64,000 nt of DNA from an uncultured Alphaproteobacteria bacterium (lineage in GTDB: Bacteria; Pseudomonadota; Alphaproteobacteria; CAAHEQ01; UBA3637), in NCBI GenBank assembly GCA_944392785.1, contig CALXXW010000013.1, forward strand, positions 182,201-246,200, in the 5' to 3' direction. Below, in pieces: positions 1-11,075 of the stretch. The first letter of the stretch is position 1; each line of letters begins with the position of its first letter. The translations under genes were made by a program, and so were the position numbers. The notes beneath the pieces were generated by a model, which was given only the letters and a program-made list of their open reading frames with translations, did no database searches and was not told where the DNA came from.

Positions 1-304
1 TTACGAGGCAGATGTCGGCGGCGCTTTGGCCCGCAATATCGGGAAAGAATGGATTGAACTGCTGGGTTGTGGTATGGTCCATCCGAATGTCTTAAAAAAT
101 TGTGGCTTGAATCCTGATGAATATCAAGGCTACGCTTTCGGTTGCGGTATTGACCGTTTTGCAATGTTAAAATACGGCATCCCGGATTTACGTGGTTTCT
201 TTGAGGCGGATATGCGTTGGATTAAGCACTTTGGCTTTTTACCCACAGATGTCCCGACAATTACGAATGGCTTATCAATGAACGGAGGAAATAAGAAATG
301 CTAG
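1..304 (+). CDS. pheS: phenylalanine--tRNA ligase alpha subunit, 3' partial (upstream part lies outside the window)
   Basis: C-terminal PheS motifs ([30 protein letters not shown]). The reading frame stays open to base 2. The stop overlaps the pheT start by 7 nt. Confidence 0.85.
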   Translation, partial: YEADVGGALARNIGKEWIELLGCGMVHPNVLKNCGLNPDEYQGYAFGCGIDRFAMLKYGIPDLRGFFEADMRWIKHFGFLPTDVPTITNGLSMNGGNKKC

Positions 305-2658
305 TTTCTTTGAAATGGTTGGAAAAGCATTTAGATACAACCGCATCTGTCTCGGAAATCGTCGAACGCTTGACGATGATCGGTTTAGAGGTCGAAGAAG
401 TCAAAGATCCATCGGCAGACTTAGCTCCCTTCATTATCGGTGAAATCAAAACCGTTATCCAACACCCAAATGCTGATCGATTAAAAGTTCTGACTGTTTG
501 GACCGGAACGGAAACACTGCAAATTGTTTGTGGCGCTCCAAATGTTCGTGTCGGGTTAAAGTCTATTTTGGCTCGTCCCGGAGATATCATTCCCAAGCTG
601 GGAACCAAGCTGGAAAAAGGGGTTATTCGCGGGGTTGAAAGTCAGGGCATGATGTGTGCGGAAGATGAATTGAATCTGGGAGAAGATCACACGGGCATTA
701 TTGAGCTTGAAACAGAGCTGCCTGCCGGCACACCAATAACGGATGTTATAAAAACCGATGTTATCTTGGATGTTAATGTCACACCTAATCGTCCGGACTG
801 TCTGGGCATTCGTGGAATCGCCCGAGATTTGGCCGCCACAGGGATTGGAACATTCATTCCCGAAAAACGGGAAAAATTAACAGATGCTTTCCCCTCCCCC
901 ATTCATGTTTCCATCACGGATAAGGCTTGTCATCACTTTGTCGGACGTTATATCCGCGGTGTTAAAAACGGCGAAAGCCCCACTTGGTTGAAAGAATTGT
1001 TATTATCCGTCGGCTTGCGCCCCATTTCGGCACTGGTCGATATTACAAATTACTTAAGCATAGGAGCTTGTCGTCCTCTCCATGTTTTTGATGCCGATAA
1101 AATTGTCGGAAATTTGGTTATTCGTTCGGCTCAAAATGGTGAAAAAATGATGGCTTTGGACGACAAAGAATACACTCTTTCCGAGGGTATGACTGTTATT
1201 GCCGACGATAACGGCGTTCAAAGTATCGCTGGTGTAATGGGCGGCACAGCAACCGCCGTGACGGCCGAAACGACTTGTATCTTTTTGGAATCGGCGTTTT
1301 TCACGCCGGAAAGCATCGCTCGAACGGGGCGCTTGCTCAACCTTGTATCCGATGCTCGCACACGCTTTGAGCACGGTGTGGATCCGGCCAGTTGCCGTTC
1401 GGGAAACGATCTGGCAACACAGTTGATTTTGGAACTGTGCGGCGGAGAGGCCTCGGCTCCTGTAGAAGCGGGTTCAGCACCCACAACACAACCGGAAATA
1501 ACTTTTGATTTTGGTTTGGTGGAAAAAATATGCGCTCTGTCCATTCCTCGGGAAGAAATGGTATCCATCCTGCAGGCGTTGGGTTTTGAGGTAGATCATC
1601 AACGTATTCGTGTCCCATCTTGGCGGGTCCATGATATAAAGCAACCTATTGATTTAGTGGAGGAAATTGTTCGAATTCATGGTCTTAACAATTTACCGGA
1701 AATGAAAATGAGATCGGAAACACTACCAACCGGCATGTTATTGCCTCATCAAAAACGGGAATCCATCGTCAGACGGACCTTGGCGGCTCGCGGTTTGAAC
1801 CAGGCCATTACATGGTCCTTTATGGATTCACGTTTAGCCCAGTATTTCGGTTCAAAAAATGTACGTATTGCCAATCCTATTTCCTCCGACTTGGATGAAA
1901 TGCGGCCCAGTTTAATCCCTAATTTATTGAGCGCCGTTAAGCGTAATCAAGATTATGGTATTAAGGATGTGCAATTATTTGAAGTCGGTCCCGAGTTCTA
2001 CTCGGCTATTCCCGGAGAACAGCGCATGGTCGCAGCCGGAGTTCGGGCCGGTTCTTGGACTCTGCGTCATTTCGCAGAGGCAACACGCCCAGTTGATGTG
2101 TTTGATGCCAAAGCTGATGCTTGGGATGCCTTATGCAGTATGAATGCCCCTCAAAATTTACAAGTCTTCCGAAATGCTCCGTCATGGTATCATCCGGGGC
2201 GTTCGGGCTCGTTCCAATTAGGGAAAAACATTGTCGCTGTTTTCGGTGAAATTCATCCCTCAATTTTAAAGGTTTATGACATAAAAACACCTGTTGTCGC
2301 TTTTGAGGTGTACATGGATGCTCTGCCCTTGCCTAAGCCCAAGGGAAAGACGATTAAGCCCTTAAAGCTTTCCAATTTGACACCTTTGACACGTGATTTT
2401 GCCTTTGTAATGGATAAATCTGTCGATGCGGCCAAAGTCATAGCGAGCATTCAAAATGTCAATCGAGACTTAATTAGCCATGTATCCGTTTTTGATGTGT
2501 ATGAAGGAGAACACCTACCGGAAGGCAAAAAACAGCTGGCTTTTCAAGTTGTCATCCAACCCGTTGATAAAACATTAACGGATAAGGAGATTGAGATTCT
2601 TTCAACACAAATCATCAATTTGGTGTCTCGCAACACAGGAGCAACTCTTAGAAGCTAA
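298..2658 (+). CDS. pheT: phenylalanine--tRNA ligase beta subunit
   Basis: 786-aa ORF directly after pheS. It has a tRNA-binding N-domain, B3/B4 and B5 regions and a C-terminal FDX-ACB-like domain. Confidence 0.9.
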   Translation: MLVSLKWLEKHLDTTASVSEIVERLTMIGLEVEEVKDPSADLAPFIIGEIKTVIQHPNADRLKVLTVWTGTETLQIVCGAPNVRVGLKSILARPGDIIPKLGTKLEKGVIRGVESQGMMCAEDELNLGEDHTGIIELETELPAGTPITDVIKTDVILDVNVTPNRPDCLGIRGIARDLAATGIGTFIPEKREKLTDAFPSPIHVSITDKACHHFVGRYIRGVKNGESPTWLKELLLSVGLRPISALVDITNYLSIGACRPLHVFDADKIVGNLVIRSAQNGEKMMALDDKEYTLSEGMTVIADDNGVQSIAGVMGGTATAVTAETTCIFLESAFFTPESIARTGRLLNLVSDARTRFEHGVDPASCRSGNDLATQLILELCGGEASAPVEAGSAPTTQPEITFDFGLVEKICALSIPREEMVSILQALGFEVDHQRIRVPSWRVHDIKQPIDLVEEIVRIHGLNNLPEMKMRSETLPTGMLLPHQKRESIVRRTLAARGLNQAITWSFMDSRLAQYFGSKNVRIANPISSDLDEMRPSLIPNLLSAVKRNQDYGIKDVQLFEVGPEFYSAIPGEQRMVAAGVRAGSWTLRHFAEATRPVDVFDAKADAWDALCSMNAPQNLQVFRNAPSWYHPGRSGSFQLGKNIVAVFGEIHPSILKVYDIKTPVVAFEVYMDALPLPKPKGKTIKPLKLSNLTPLTRDFAFVMDKSVDAAKVIASIQNVNRDLISHVSVFDVYEGEHLPEGKKQLAFQVVIQPVDKTLTDKEIEILSTQIINLVSRNTGATLRS

Positions 2659-2667
2659 CACTCTGAT

Positions 2668-2702
2668 AAAACGCAGTGATTCCCTAAATTGCTGCGTTTT
2701 TG
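2668..2702 (+). terminator. rho-independent terminator after pheT
   Basis: Hairpin ACGCAG...CTGCGT followed by TTTTT. Confidence 0.6.
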
Positions 2703-2773
2703 CTGCTCTGTCAGAACCCCATTGATTTTGGCGACCGAGGTCATGGGACAGCCTATTCGTTTAATATAAAAAA

Positions 2774-2797
2774 CAGCCTTTGGAAAAAGGCTGCTTT
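2774..2797. terminator. bidirectional hairpin terminator between pheT and tRNA-Val
   Basis: Stem CAGCCTT/AAGGCTG, loop TGGAAA. A-run on one side and T-run on the other. Confidence 0.55.
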
Positions 2798-2803
2798 ATC
2801 ATT

Positions 2804-2877
2804 GGTGGGTGCGACAGGGATTGAACCTGTGACCCCTACCGTGTGAAGGTAATGCTCTCCCGCTGAGCTACGCACCC
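2804..2877 (-). tRNA. tRNA-Val (anticodon CAC)
   Basis: Cloverleaf on the minus strand with acceptor GGGTGCG/CGCACCC, D-loop TAGCTCAGCGGGAGAGC and T-loop GGTTCAATCC. Anticodon loop is TTCACAC and the 3' CCA is encoded. Confidence 0.85.
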
Positions 2878-2952
2878 CAAGTTCAATGGAAGAGTTTATA
2901 CACCGAACTCAAAAAGATGTCAAGAAAAAAAGCAATATTTTTTGACTTTTTC

Positions 2953-3897
2953 TTATGACTCTCTTTGTCTGTTTATCTGATACGCCGTAAAAAACAGGGA
3001 AAGACTACCATGCCCATAACTGGGAATAATCCGAAAATCGGCTTTTGGAAGAACCTTGGCCAATTCATACGCTTGTGATACAGGACAACACATATCCAAT
3101 CTGTTATGTAAAATAACCGTTGGAATATGCCGTATTTTATCAGCGTTTTGCAACAACTGATTGTCTTTTAAGAAATACTGATTTCGATCATAATGCAGGA
3201 AAATACGATGAGATAATACCGCTTGAGGCGTCACCTCCACCGGCGAGAAAGTCACCTCTTTGGAACCAATCGCATATTCCAAGCCACGATAATAACGCAA
3301 AGCTTTTTCTTGATCTTTTACATCCTTTGAAAAAATCAAATTATAGAAATAAGCCGCCGGCGTTTGTGGCGCCGCCATTTTTTCCAATTGCTCCCAATAG
3401 TCGGCATAAAATAAAGGAACAACCGGCGATAAACAGGCACTGTCTTGAGAACGCCCCAAAAAGATACTATTAACGAAAATTCGCTCTACCCTATCCGGAT
3501 ACGTCTCGGCAAACAATAAGGCCAATGTCGCTCCGAAAGAGCCGCCCGACACAGTGATTTTTTCCTGAATACCTAAATAATCTAACAGATGTAAAGCATC
3601 CTGTAAGGTATCTTGAGATGTGTTTTTATAAAATGGATCTTCTGCTGTTGATTGACCACATCCTCTTTGATCGAACAGTAGGACGCGATGCGTCTTTAAA
3701 TTAAAAATAGAGGCATTTTTCGCTTTGGCACCCCCTCCGGGACCACCGTGAAAAAAAAGAACGGGACGACCATCCGGATTGCCTATATCCATATAGTGAA
3801 TCTGATGACCATCGACACATGGTAAAAACCCTTCGGCCCGTGGTTTAAGATATGTTTGACGCAACTTAAATAAAAAAATCTGAAAACGTCTTATCAT
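2953..3897 (-). CDS. pip: proline iminopeptidase (alpha/beta hydrolase, S33)
   Basis: HGGPGGG oxyanion motif, GGSFGATLAL nucleophile elbow and a length typical of Pip. The start is chosen at the ATG preceded by AAAGGA; the track ORF extends to 3960. Confidence 0.8.
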   Translation of the reverse strand: MIRRFQIFLFKLRQTYLKPRAEGFLPCVDGHQIHYMDIGNPDGRPVLFFHGGPGGGAKAKNASIFNLKTHRVLLFDQRGCGQSTAEDPFYKNTSQDTLQDALHLLDYLGIQEKITVSGGSFGATLALLFAETYPDRVERIFVNSIFLGRSQDSACLSPVVPLFYADYWEQLEKMAAPQTPAAYFYNLIFSKDVKDQEKALRYYRGLEYAIGSKEVTFSPVEVTPQAVLSHRIFLHYDRNQYFLKDNQLLQNADKIRHIPTVILHNRLDMCCPVSQAYELAKVLPKADFRIIPSYGHGSLSLFFTAYQINRQRES

Positions 3898-4043
3898 GAT
3901 TCCTTTCCCCTTTTCTGGTCTTGGAAGGGCGATAACAATAACAGAGGAAAAACGCAACATACGCTCCCACCAAGCTTATACACCCATGTCCAACAACCCT
4001 ATGATATATTTTTTTAAGTCGAATGTCAAGCCCCAAAACATTT

Positions 4044-5231
4044 TTACCCTTTGCTTCGTTTATTTTGAACAGACGCCACCCATACCGGAGACAATGTCTT
4101 GCGGTCTGAATTGTTAGCCTCACTTAGACCACGCTTAGATTTTACCATCTTATCATGTTGAATGATTGTCGCTAATAATGGTTTTTTTTTAGACTCTTTC
4201 ACTAACGTTGCCATCAATTCTTTATTTTGAGAAAAAGCAATCAGAAGCTGATTTTTCAAGGATTCTTTTCCCTCGGCGACGACTTTATCCCCTTCGCTTG
4301 TCCATGTGTAAACGGCACGGCTATCATTTTGCTGGTGTCTGAGCATATCAATCATGGCAAATATCTCCGCTATCGTTTCTATTGACCCATATGGAGAAAA
4401 AGGATCTTGGATAAGATATTGTTCCAAAACAGGCTCAACTATGGCATGCGTATCATGCTCCATATAACCAACCTTTTTGTAGTTCTTCTGCTGTGCTTTT
4501 TGGGAAAAACCAATGCCGGAAAATGTAAAAATATCCTTTAGCCCATCCATAACAAAATGACTGGTTTCACCCACGAAATTATTTTTATTTCGAAAGGCGT
4601 GCGAAACTTCGGGGACAAAATCAGAAACATCATTAATGTATATATGTCCTCGACCGCCGGGAGAATAATTAGAGCGCCGGTGATTTAACAAGCTGGCTGT
4701 CCAAGAGTTGTCATCTTTCGTGTATGAGATTCTCGGGTTGCCCGAAGCATCCAATATGTCGTAAATCCGTCCCTGTATATCTTCTTTTTCTCCACTCGCC
4801 AACGGATTAGTGGATAAATACTCTGCGGCATCTGCTATGATTTTTTGCTCATACTCTGTATAGGGATTATCTTTGGGTAATTGCGTATCCTTGGATTTGG
4901 CGGAAATTTTTTCTTGAGCCGCCATAACATCGCCATAGTTAAAATTCCTTTTACCGTCTTGCGTGATTAAACCTAATGTTTTCATAACGTACAACATATC
5001 GGGATGAACTCGAGTTTTTTGTTTTTGAAGCACCGTATAGGCTTGGAAAAAGCTTGGCTCCTCATGGGTATCCCTTTCAACCTGTGTCGCAACCGAGGCG
5101 TCCGATTCTGTTTCTGTAGCCGTTTCCGCACGAGCCTCTGTTCCAGCCAATCCCGCTGTCAGACCGGCTGTCAAAGCTGCCGCCTGAACCGTCTTTTGAA
5201 CCGATTTTTTTAATTTATCTTGTAATCCCAT
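4044..5231 (-). CDS. hypothetical secreted protein (cysteine-free, about 395 aa)
   Basis: The ATG at 5231 is preceded by GGAG. An N-terminal Sec-type signal (AALTAGLTAGLAGTEARA|E) is present. No recognisable domain and no Cys residues. Confidence 0.55.
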   Translation of the reverse strand: MGLQDKLKKSVQKTVQAAALTAGLTAGLAGTEARAETATETESDASVATQVERDTHEEPSFFQAYTVLQKQKTRVHPDMLYVMKTLGLITQDGKRNFNYGDVMAAQEKISAKSKDTQLPKDNPYTEYEQKIIADAAEYLSTNPLASGEKEDIQGRIYDILDASGNPRISYTKDDNSWTASLLNHRRSNYSPGGRGHIYINDVSDFVPEVSHAFRNKNNFVGETSHFVMDGLKDIFTFSGIGFSQKAQQKNYKKVGYMEHDTHAIVEPVLEQYLIQDPFSPYGSIETIAEIFAMIDMLRHQQNDSRAVYTWTSEGDKVVAEGKESLKNQLLIAFSQNKELMATLVKESKKKPLLATIIQHDKMVKSKRGLSEANNSDRKTLSPVWVASVQNKRSKG

Positions 5232-5435
5232 AACATTCTCCAATATCTTTCAAAGAAGGGTAAAATCTACTTTGCATAGTATAGCTATCTTTTTCTAATT
5301 CGTCAAATGGCAATACCAACCATCAAACACAAGACGGAAATCCTACACGAGATGGTGTTATAGGATATTGACCCGAGCACCAAAATGATATATCATGCTG
5401 AAGTGTAGGCATCACACGTCATTAAGGAGTAAAAA

Positions 5436-6287
5436 ATGCAACAACAGAATTGGCATGATATTATTTCGCAATTTGCCTCGGGACAGCAAAGAGTTTTAAG
5501 CGTTTTTAGGGAACTGGTCAAGACCTATCCTACAAGTAAAAGGCAGGAAGCTCTGCAATTAATGGAAGAAACAGCGGATGAAATGGAGCATCATGGATAT
5601 CACTCTTACCCTTATCACAATGATTTGAAGGAGGGATTAAGGAAACTGTTTGGACTATCTTCGCATACAGCGGAGGCTTTGATGATGAGCTATCAACTGG
5701 CAACACCAGCCACTCGCACAAAATTGAAAAAAGAGATGGAAAAAGGGTCTGATACACGGGCCTTTTCACCCTCTTTTTTGCGTCATACACCATCCATTAT
5801 ACATCGTGCCATTCTGAGAAACAAATTAAATCAATATGCAAATAAAATTCCTTCTTTGGGCAAACAAATTTTACGGATACAAACGCCTCCCGGAAGAGAA
5901 CTGACTTATCAGGATATAAATAGTCATCATCCTTTATGTGCGACATTTTTTCGTCTGGCACAGCTATCCTCGGACAAAAGACAACAAGTCATTCAACTTA
6001 TTCTTAACAGTCAACAGCTTACTCACCTATCGGATATTGACCGAGGTGTCTCCTATTTAGCGTTAAAATTATTACCATTCTTAACATCTGCTCAGCAGCC
6101 GACAAAACATTTACCGCAACAAAATGAACAAGCAGAAAACATAAAACAAACCTATAATACCGTGAAGGTTTTCGGATGGTGTTTGTTGACTCAAAATCCC
6201 TATGATCAAGATAGATGGATTAAATTAATGGAAATGAAGCCTCAAAACCAATTTATCGCGCGAGATTATGACTTTCAACATTGCTAG
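5436..6287 (+). CDS. hypothetical cytoplasmic protein
   Basis: 283-aa ORF divergent from the previous gene, followed by a terminator. No recognisable domain. Confidence 0.5.
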   Translation: MQQQNWHDIISQFASGQQRVLSVFRELVKTYPTSKRQEALQLMEETADEMEHHGYHSYPYHNDLKEGLRKLFGLSSHTAEALMMSYQLATPATRTKLKKEMEKGSDTRAFSPSFLRHTPSIIHRAILRNKLNQYANKIPSLGKQILRIQTPPGRELTYQDINSHHPLCATFFRLAQLSSDKRQQVIQLILNSQQLTHLSDIDRGVSYLALKLLPFLTSAQQPTKHLPQQNEQAENIKQTYNTVKVFGWCLLTQNPYDQDRWIKLMEMKPQNQFIARDYDFQHC

Positions 6288-6313
6288 AGCGATTAGCACC
6301 ATCCATGAAACGA

Positions 6314-6345
6314 AAAAGACAGGGGCGTTTCCTGTCTTTTTTTGA
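6314..6345 (+). terminator. rho-independent terminator
   Basis: Hairpin AGACAGG...CCTGTCT followed by a T7 run. Confidence 0.65.
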
Positions 6346-6412
6346 TTTTTTCCTTGATTTTCAAAAAAGGATACGATAGAATACTTCCATTCATTTGAGA
6401 AAAGGAAAAATC

Positions 6413-9016
6413 ATGTCAAAATATAAAGAAACAAAAGCGCTAGATGATAAATTTGACGCGGCTGCCATAGAAAAACGCAGCATGCAATTTTGGGAAGAAA
6501 CCGGCATTTATCAGTATGATAAAACAGCTCCTCGTGACAAAACATTTATTGTTGATACCCCTCCTCCGACCGTTTCTGGTTCATTGCATATCGGACATAT
6601 TTTTTCCTATACACAAGCCGATGTTATGGTTCGTTATCATCGCATGATGGGAAAATCTATTTTCTATCCCATCGGTTGGGATGATAACGGTTTACCGACC
6701 GAACGACGCGTTCAAAATTATTTCAATATTGCTTGCAATCCGGAAATTCCCTATGATCCGGCCTTTCGCCCCAAACATGACCCCAAATCCGATGCTCGGC
6801 GTCAAGATGTCTCGCGCCGAAATTTTATCGAAGCCTGTAATGAATTGGTGAAAATGGATGAGGCGGCTTTTGAAGATATTTTCCATCGGATCGGACATTC
6901 CTATGATTGGTCCTTGAAATATGCGACCATTGACGACATTTCCATTAAAGAGGCTCAGAAGTCTTTCCTGGATTTAGTAAAAAAAGGCATGGCTCGTTCC
7001 GTTGAGGCTCCTACCATGTGGGATATCACGTTTCAATCGGCTATTGCGCAAGCGGAAATAGAAGATCGTGAAACGGCTGGTTTCTTCCACGATATTCAAT
7101 TCACCGTCGAAGGAGACACTACCACTTTCACCATTGCCACAACTCGTCCCGAATTTCTGCCGGCATGTATCGCCGTCGTGGCACATCCGGATGATGAGCG
7201 CTATAAACCCTTCTTTGGTAAAAAAGCCATTGTTCCTATTTTTGATATTCCTGTTCCCATCGTCCCCTCCGAACATGCTGAGCCCGACAAAGGAACGGGA
7301 ATCATGATGGTTTGCACCTTCGGAGATGCGGCAGACGTTGCCTGGTGGAAACAATCCGGATTACCCATCAAACAAATTATTGGCTTAGACGGTCGCATTA
7401 TCAATCAGGAATATGGTCAAGGTAATTTCGTTTCCTTGAATCCGGAAAAAGCAAAAAACTATTATAATCAACTGATCGGTTTAAAGGTCAAAGATGCCCG
7501 TTCAAAAGTCGTTGAATTTTTACGTACTGAGAACAAGTTATTGGGAGAACCTAAACCATTAATGCATCCGGTAAAATTCTATGAAAAAGGATCTATTCCG
7601 CTTGAGTTTGTTTCATCACGTCAATGGTTCGTCTCCTTACTGGCTTATAAACAACAGCTATTGGAGATGGGACGAAAAATCAAGTGGACACCGGCTCATA
7701 TGCAAGCTCGCTATGAAGCATGGGTAGAGGGATTAAATCAAGATTGGTGCATTTCTCGCCAACGCTTTTTTGGTGTTCCCTTCCCGGTCTGGTATCCCAT
7801 TAACGACAAAGGTGTTATTAACTATGATGCTCCTATTTATGCCACACCAGATCAATTACCGGTCGACCCCATGACAGCTGTGCCGACCGGTTATACAGAA
7901 GCACAACGTGGTCAACCTAACGGTTTTATCGGGGATAAAGATATCATGGATACGTGGGCGACCAGTTCGTTAACTCCGCAGATTGCCATGGCTCATGCGC
8001 CGCAGGGACATCATTTGTCATTACCTTTTGATATGCGTCCACAGGCTCATGACATTATTCGCACATGGGCATTTTACACCATCATGAAGGCTTTTGCTCA
8101 TGAAGGAACTCTTCCTTGGAAAGAAGCTTTAATCAGCGGATTCATCCTGGATCCGGATCGCAAAAAAATGTCAAAATCTAAAGGCAATGTCATCACACCG
8201 ATAGATTTATTGGATAAACATTCCGCCGATGCTGTCCGTTATTGGGCTGCCCGCGCAAAAATGGGCATCGATACGGCCTTTGAAGAACAAATCATGGAAC
8301 AGGGTCGAAAGCTCTGTATGAAAATTTTCAATGCCAGTAAATTTGTCTTTATGATGGTTAAAAACGCGGGCTTATCCATGAATCAGAACTATCGTTTTGG
8401 CATCACGGATGACTTTGACAGAGCATGGGTCGCCCGTCTGGCTAATGTGGTCGAAGTGGCCAATAAAGCCTTTATGTTAAATGATTATGCTTTTGCCCTT
8501 GAGATGACGGAAAAATGTTTCTGGGACTTTTGTGATAACTATTTGGAAATTGTCAAAGGACGTGCCTATAGCCAAACACCGGCTTCAGCTGTCTCAACTT
8601 TAATGTTGACGATTGATACACTGATACGTTTGTTCGCACCTTTCTTAGCCTTTACGACCGAAGAGGTTTGGCAATCTCGCCCCTGGAGTCAGACAGAAAC
8701 TTCTGTCCATATTACCTCCTTCCCACAGGTTTCAGAGTTTGAAGGCTTGACCGGAGATATCCGTATTTATGAAAAAACACAGGAAGTAATCAACCTTATT
8801 CGAAAAGAGAAAGCCGAGCAAAAACGCTCCCTTAAAACACCTATCTTAGCCTTAACAATTCAGGCTGATGCTCCAACGATCTCTTTGTTGCACCCGGCCG
8901 TTCAGGATATTATCAATGCTTCAAATATCAAAGAAAATGCCTTTCGTTTTATCGAAGGGAACTCATTAAAACTGGATACTTGTATGCTTGGGGAAGATGA
9001 AAAAAAAGTCAAATAA
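6413..9016 (+). CDS. valS: valine--tRNA ligase (short type, no C-terminal coiled coil)
   Basis: PPPTVSGSLHIGH (HIGH region), ATTRPE...RYK...GK...IPIV..EHA..KGTG (a ValRS-specific block) and KMSKSKGN. The ATG at 6413 has an AAAAGGA RBS; the track ORF begins at TTG 6395. Confidence 0.85.
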   Translation: MSKYKETKALDDKFDAAAIEKRSMQFWEETGIYQYDKTAPRDKTFIVDTPPPTVSGSLHIGHIFSYTQADVMVRYHRMMGKSIFYPIGWDDNGLPTERRVQNYFNIACNPEIPYDPAFRPKHDPKSDARRQDVSRRNFIEACNELVKMDEAAFEDIFHRIGHSYDWSLKYATIDDISIKEAQKSFLDLVKKGMARSVEAPTMWDITFQSAIAQAEIEDRETAGFFHDIQFTVEGDTTTFTIATTRPEFLPACIAVVAHPDDERYKPFFGKKAIVPIFDIPVPIVPSEHAEPDKGTGIMMVCTFGDAADVAWWKQSGLPIKQIIGLDGRIINQEYGQGNFVSLNPEKAKNYYNQLIGLKVKDARSKVVEFLRTENKLLGEPKPLMHPVKFYEKGSIPLEFVSSRQWFVSLLAYKQQLLEMGRKIKWTPAHMQARYEAWVEGLNQDWCISRQRFFGVPFPVWYPINDKGVINYDAPIYATPDQLPVDPMTAVPTGYTEAQRGQPNGFIGDKDIMDTWATSSLTPQIAMAHAPQGHHLSLPFDMRPQAHDIIRTWAFYTIMKAFAHEGTLPWKEALISGFILDPDRKKMSKSKGNVITPIDLLDKHSADAVRYWAARAKMGIDTAFEEQIMEQGRKLCMKIFNASKFVFMMVKNAGLSMNQNYRFGITDDFDRAWVARLANVVEVANKAFMLNDYAFALEMTEKCFWDFCDNYLEIVKGRAYSQTPASAVSTLMLTIDTLIRLFAPFLAFTTEEVWQSRPWSQTETSVHITSFPQVSEFEGLTGDIRIYEKTQEVINLIRKEKAEQKRSLKTPILALTIQADAPTISLLHPAVQDIINASNIKENAFRFIEGNSLKLDTCMLGEDEKKVK

Positions 9017-9034
9017 ACTATGTCTTTGATAGGA

Positions 9035-9065
9035 AAACGCTCCGATATATTTCGGAGCGTTTTTA
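9035..9065. terminator. terminator after valS (possibly bidirectional with accC)
   Basis: Hairpin AAACGCTCCGA-tatatt-TCGGAGCGTTT followed by TTTT. Confidence 0.65.
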
Positions 9066-9154
9066 GTTGGCCTCAATTTTAAAAAATGATGAATGAACAC
9101 CATTTTCTGCTCTCTGAGGATTTTCCCTTTCAAGCAGTGTTTTGCTTTTCTACT

Positions 9155-10510
9155 CTAACTTTCTTCTTTGTGCATCCGTTCCAAGAAATGCTCTAGCCAG
9201 TGGATGTTATACTGACCATCAATAAATTCAGGATCCGAAATAATGCGCTGATGAAGCGGGATTGTCGTTTGAATCCCTTCAATGACAAACTCCTCCAAAG
9301 CGCGACGCAAGCGCATCAAAGCACCATTACGCGTGCGGCCATGCACAATTAACTTAGCCACCATGCTATCATAGTTAGGCGGTACCTGATATCCCGCATA
9401 CATGCCCGAATCCACACGCACATCCAATCCACCCGGAACATGCCATTGACCGATTCTACCGGGACACGGAATGAATGTTTCCGAATTTTCAGCATTGATA
9501 CGACATTCAATAGCACAACCGTTAAACTTAATATCGTCCTGTGTATATCCTAGAACAGCGCCACCGGAAACACGAATTTGATCACGCACAATATCAACTC
9601 CTGTCACCGCCTCTGTAATCGGGTGTTCCACTTGAACACGTGTATTCATTTCCAGAAAATAAAAACGGCCGTTTTCATACAAAAACTCAATTGTTCCCAC
9701 ATTGGAATAGCCCAGTTTTTTCATGGCATTTGCCGCAATCATGCCGATTTCTTTTCGTTGTTCGGGGTTTAAAGCGGGAGATGGAGATTCCTCCAACACT
9801 TTTTGATGATTCCGTTGCAGCGAGCAATCACGCTCTCCCAAATGCACGACATTACCGTAATTGTCTCCTAAAATTTGAATTTCAATATGACGTGGTGTTT
9901 GCAGGTACTTTTCGATATAAACCATATCATTGGCAAAAGAACTTTTGGCCTCATTTTTAGCCAAAGAAAAAGCCTCAGCCATCTCCGCGGCATTATGAGC
10001 AACCTTCATGCCCTTTCCGCCGCCTCCGGCAGCGGCCTTAACAATGACAGGATACCCGATTTTTTCACCCCACATAAGGGCGTCTTCAACGGTTTTGACC
10101 TCGCCATCAGAGCCGGGAATCACCGGCAATCCGGACTCAATCGCCGCCTTTTTCGCCGTCACTTTATCACCCATCATTCGAATCATTTTAGGACTGGGAC
10201 CGATAAAAGTGATTCCATGCGCTTCAACCATCTCAGCAAAATCAGCATTCTCGGATAAAAACCCATACCCCGGATGAATAGCGTCTGCTCCGGTTATCAA
10301 AGCCGCAGAAATAATAGCCGCTTTATTCAAATACGAATCTTTAGCCGGCGCAGGACCGATACACACCGCTTCGTCGGCCAGTTTAACATGCATGGCATTC
10401 GCATCAACCGTCGAATGCACCGCAACCGTTTTAATGCCCATCTCTCGACAGGCGCGATGGACACGTAAAGCAATCTCACCTCGATTGGCGATTAACACTT
10501 TTTCAAACAT
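9155..10510 (-). CDS. accC: acetyl-CoA carboxylase biotin carboxylase subunit
   Basis: 451 aa with an ATP-grasp fold. N-terminus MFEKVLIANRGEIALRV and the GGGGKGM glycine loop. Confidence 0.92.
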   Translation of the reverse strand: MFEKVLIANRGEIALRVHRACREMGIKTVAVHSTVDANAMHVKLADEAVCIGPAPAKDSYLNKAAIISAALITGADAIHPGYGFLSENADFAEMVEAHGITFIGPSPKMIRMMGDKVTAKKAAIESGLPVIPGSDGEVKTVEDALMWGEKIGYPVIVKAAAGGGGKGMKVAHNAAEMAEAFSLAKNEAKSSFANDMVYIEKYLQTPRHIEIQILGDNYGNVVHLGERDCSLQRNHQKVLEESPSPALNPEQRKEIGMIAANAMKKLGYSNVGTIEFLYENGRFYFLEMNTRVQVEHPITEAVTGVDIVRDQIRVSGGAVLGYTQDDIKFNGCAIECRINAENSETFIPCPGRIGQWHVPGGLDVRVDSGMYAGYQVPPNYDSMVAKLIVHGRTRNGALMRLRRALEEFVIEGIQTTIPLHQRIISDPEFIDGQYNIHWLEHFLERMHKEES

Positions 10511-10513
10511 CTT

Positions 10514-10972
10514 TTATTCCACATTGAATAAGGGTTGATTATATTCTACGGGACTTCCGGATTCAACCAAGACTGCTGAGATTGTCCCGGCTTTATCGGA
10601 CTTAATCGGATTAAATGTCTTCATAGCCTCGACCAAACAGACCGTCTGACCGACCGAGACTTTATCACCGACCTTCACAAAAGCCGGCGAATGAGGGTCT
10701 TTTGAAAGATAAACCACGCCCACCATCGGTGAAACAATATGATTTTCCGGTTTTTTATCCGGCAAAGGAGCATTTCCCGTCACGGCAGGAACAGCCGGCG
10801 TAGATGGCACCATCGGGACAGCCGGGGCCGGAGCTGCGACAATTTCTGTAGCCGCTTTTGGACCCACGACCCGCAGATAGACGCCGTTTGCCTCATACTC
10901 GATTTCAGATAATTTGTTATCGTGCAGTAATTTTGCTAATTCTTCAATAGATTGCTTTTGTTCATTTTCCAT
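10514..10972 (-). CDS. accB: acetyl-CoA carboxylase biotin carboxyl carrier protein
   Basis: 152 aa with a Pro/Ala-rich linker and the biotinylation motif EAMKTFN. Lies 3 nt upstream of accC. Confidence 0.9.
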   Translation of the reverse strand: MENEQKQSIEELAKLLHDNKLSEIEYEANGVYLRVVGPKAATEIVAAPAPAVPMVPSTPAVPAVTGNAPLPDKKPENHIVSPMVGVVYLSKDPHSPAFVKVGDKVSVGQTVCLVEAMKTFNPIKSDKAGTISAVLVESGSPVEYNQPLFNVE

Positions 10973-11075
10973 AATAACACCTCTGATATAAATAAACGTT
11001 ATTCTAACTTTCTACCTTATTTTTCACAAAAATGCAAGGCTTAAAAAAAGAATCTTTTATGACAGAGAATTTTCC

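Noticed and set aside
3866-4123. 85-aa and 73-aa ORFs at the pip start
   Set aside because: They overlap the pip 5' end and the intergenic region in other frames. There is no support for either.
6395-6412. Upstream TTG start of valS (MRKGKI...)
   Set aside because: The ATG at 6413 has a properly spaced AAAAGGA RBS, whereas the TTG has none.
9578-10468. Several 60-130-aa ORFs antisense within accC
   Set aside because: They are embedded in a highly conserved accC coding region on the opposite strand, with typical antisense ORF composition.
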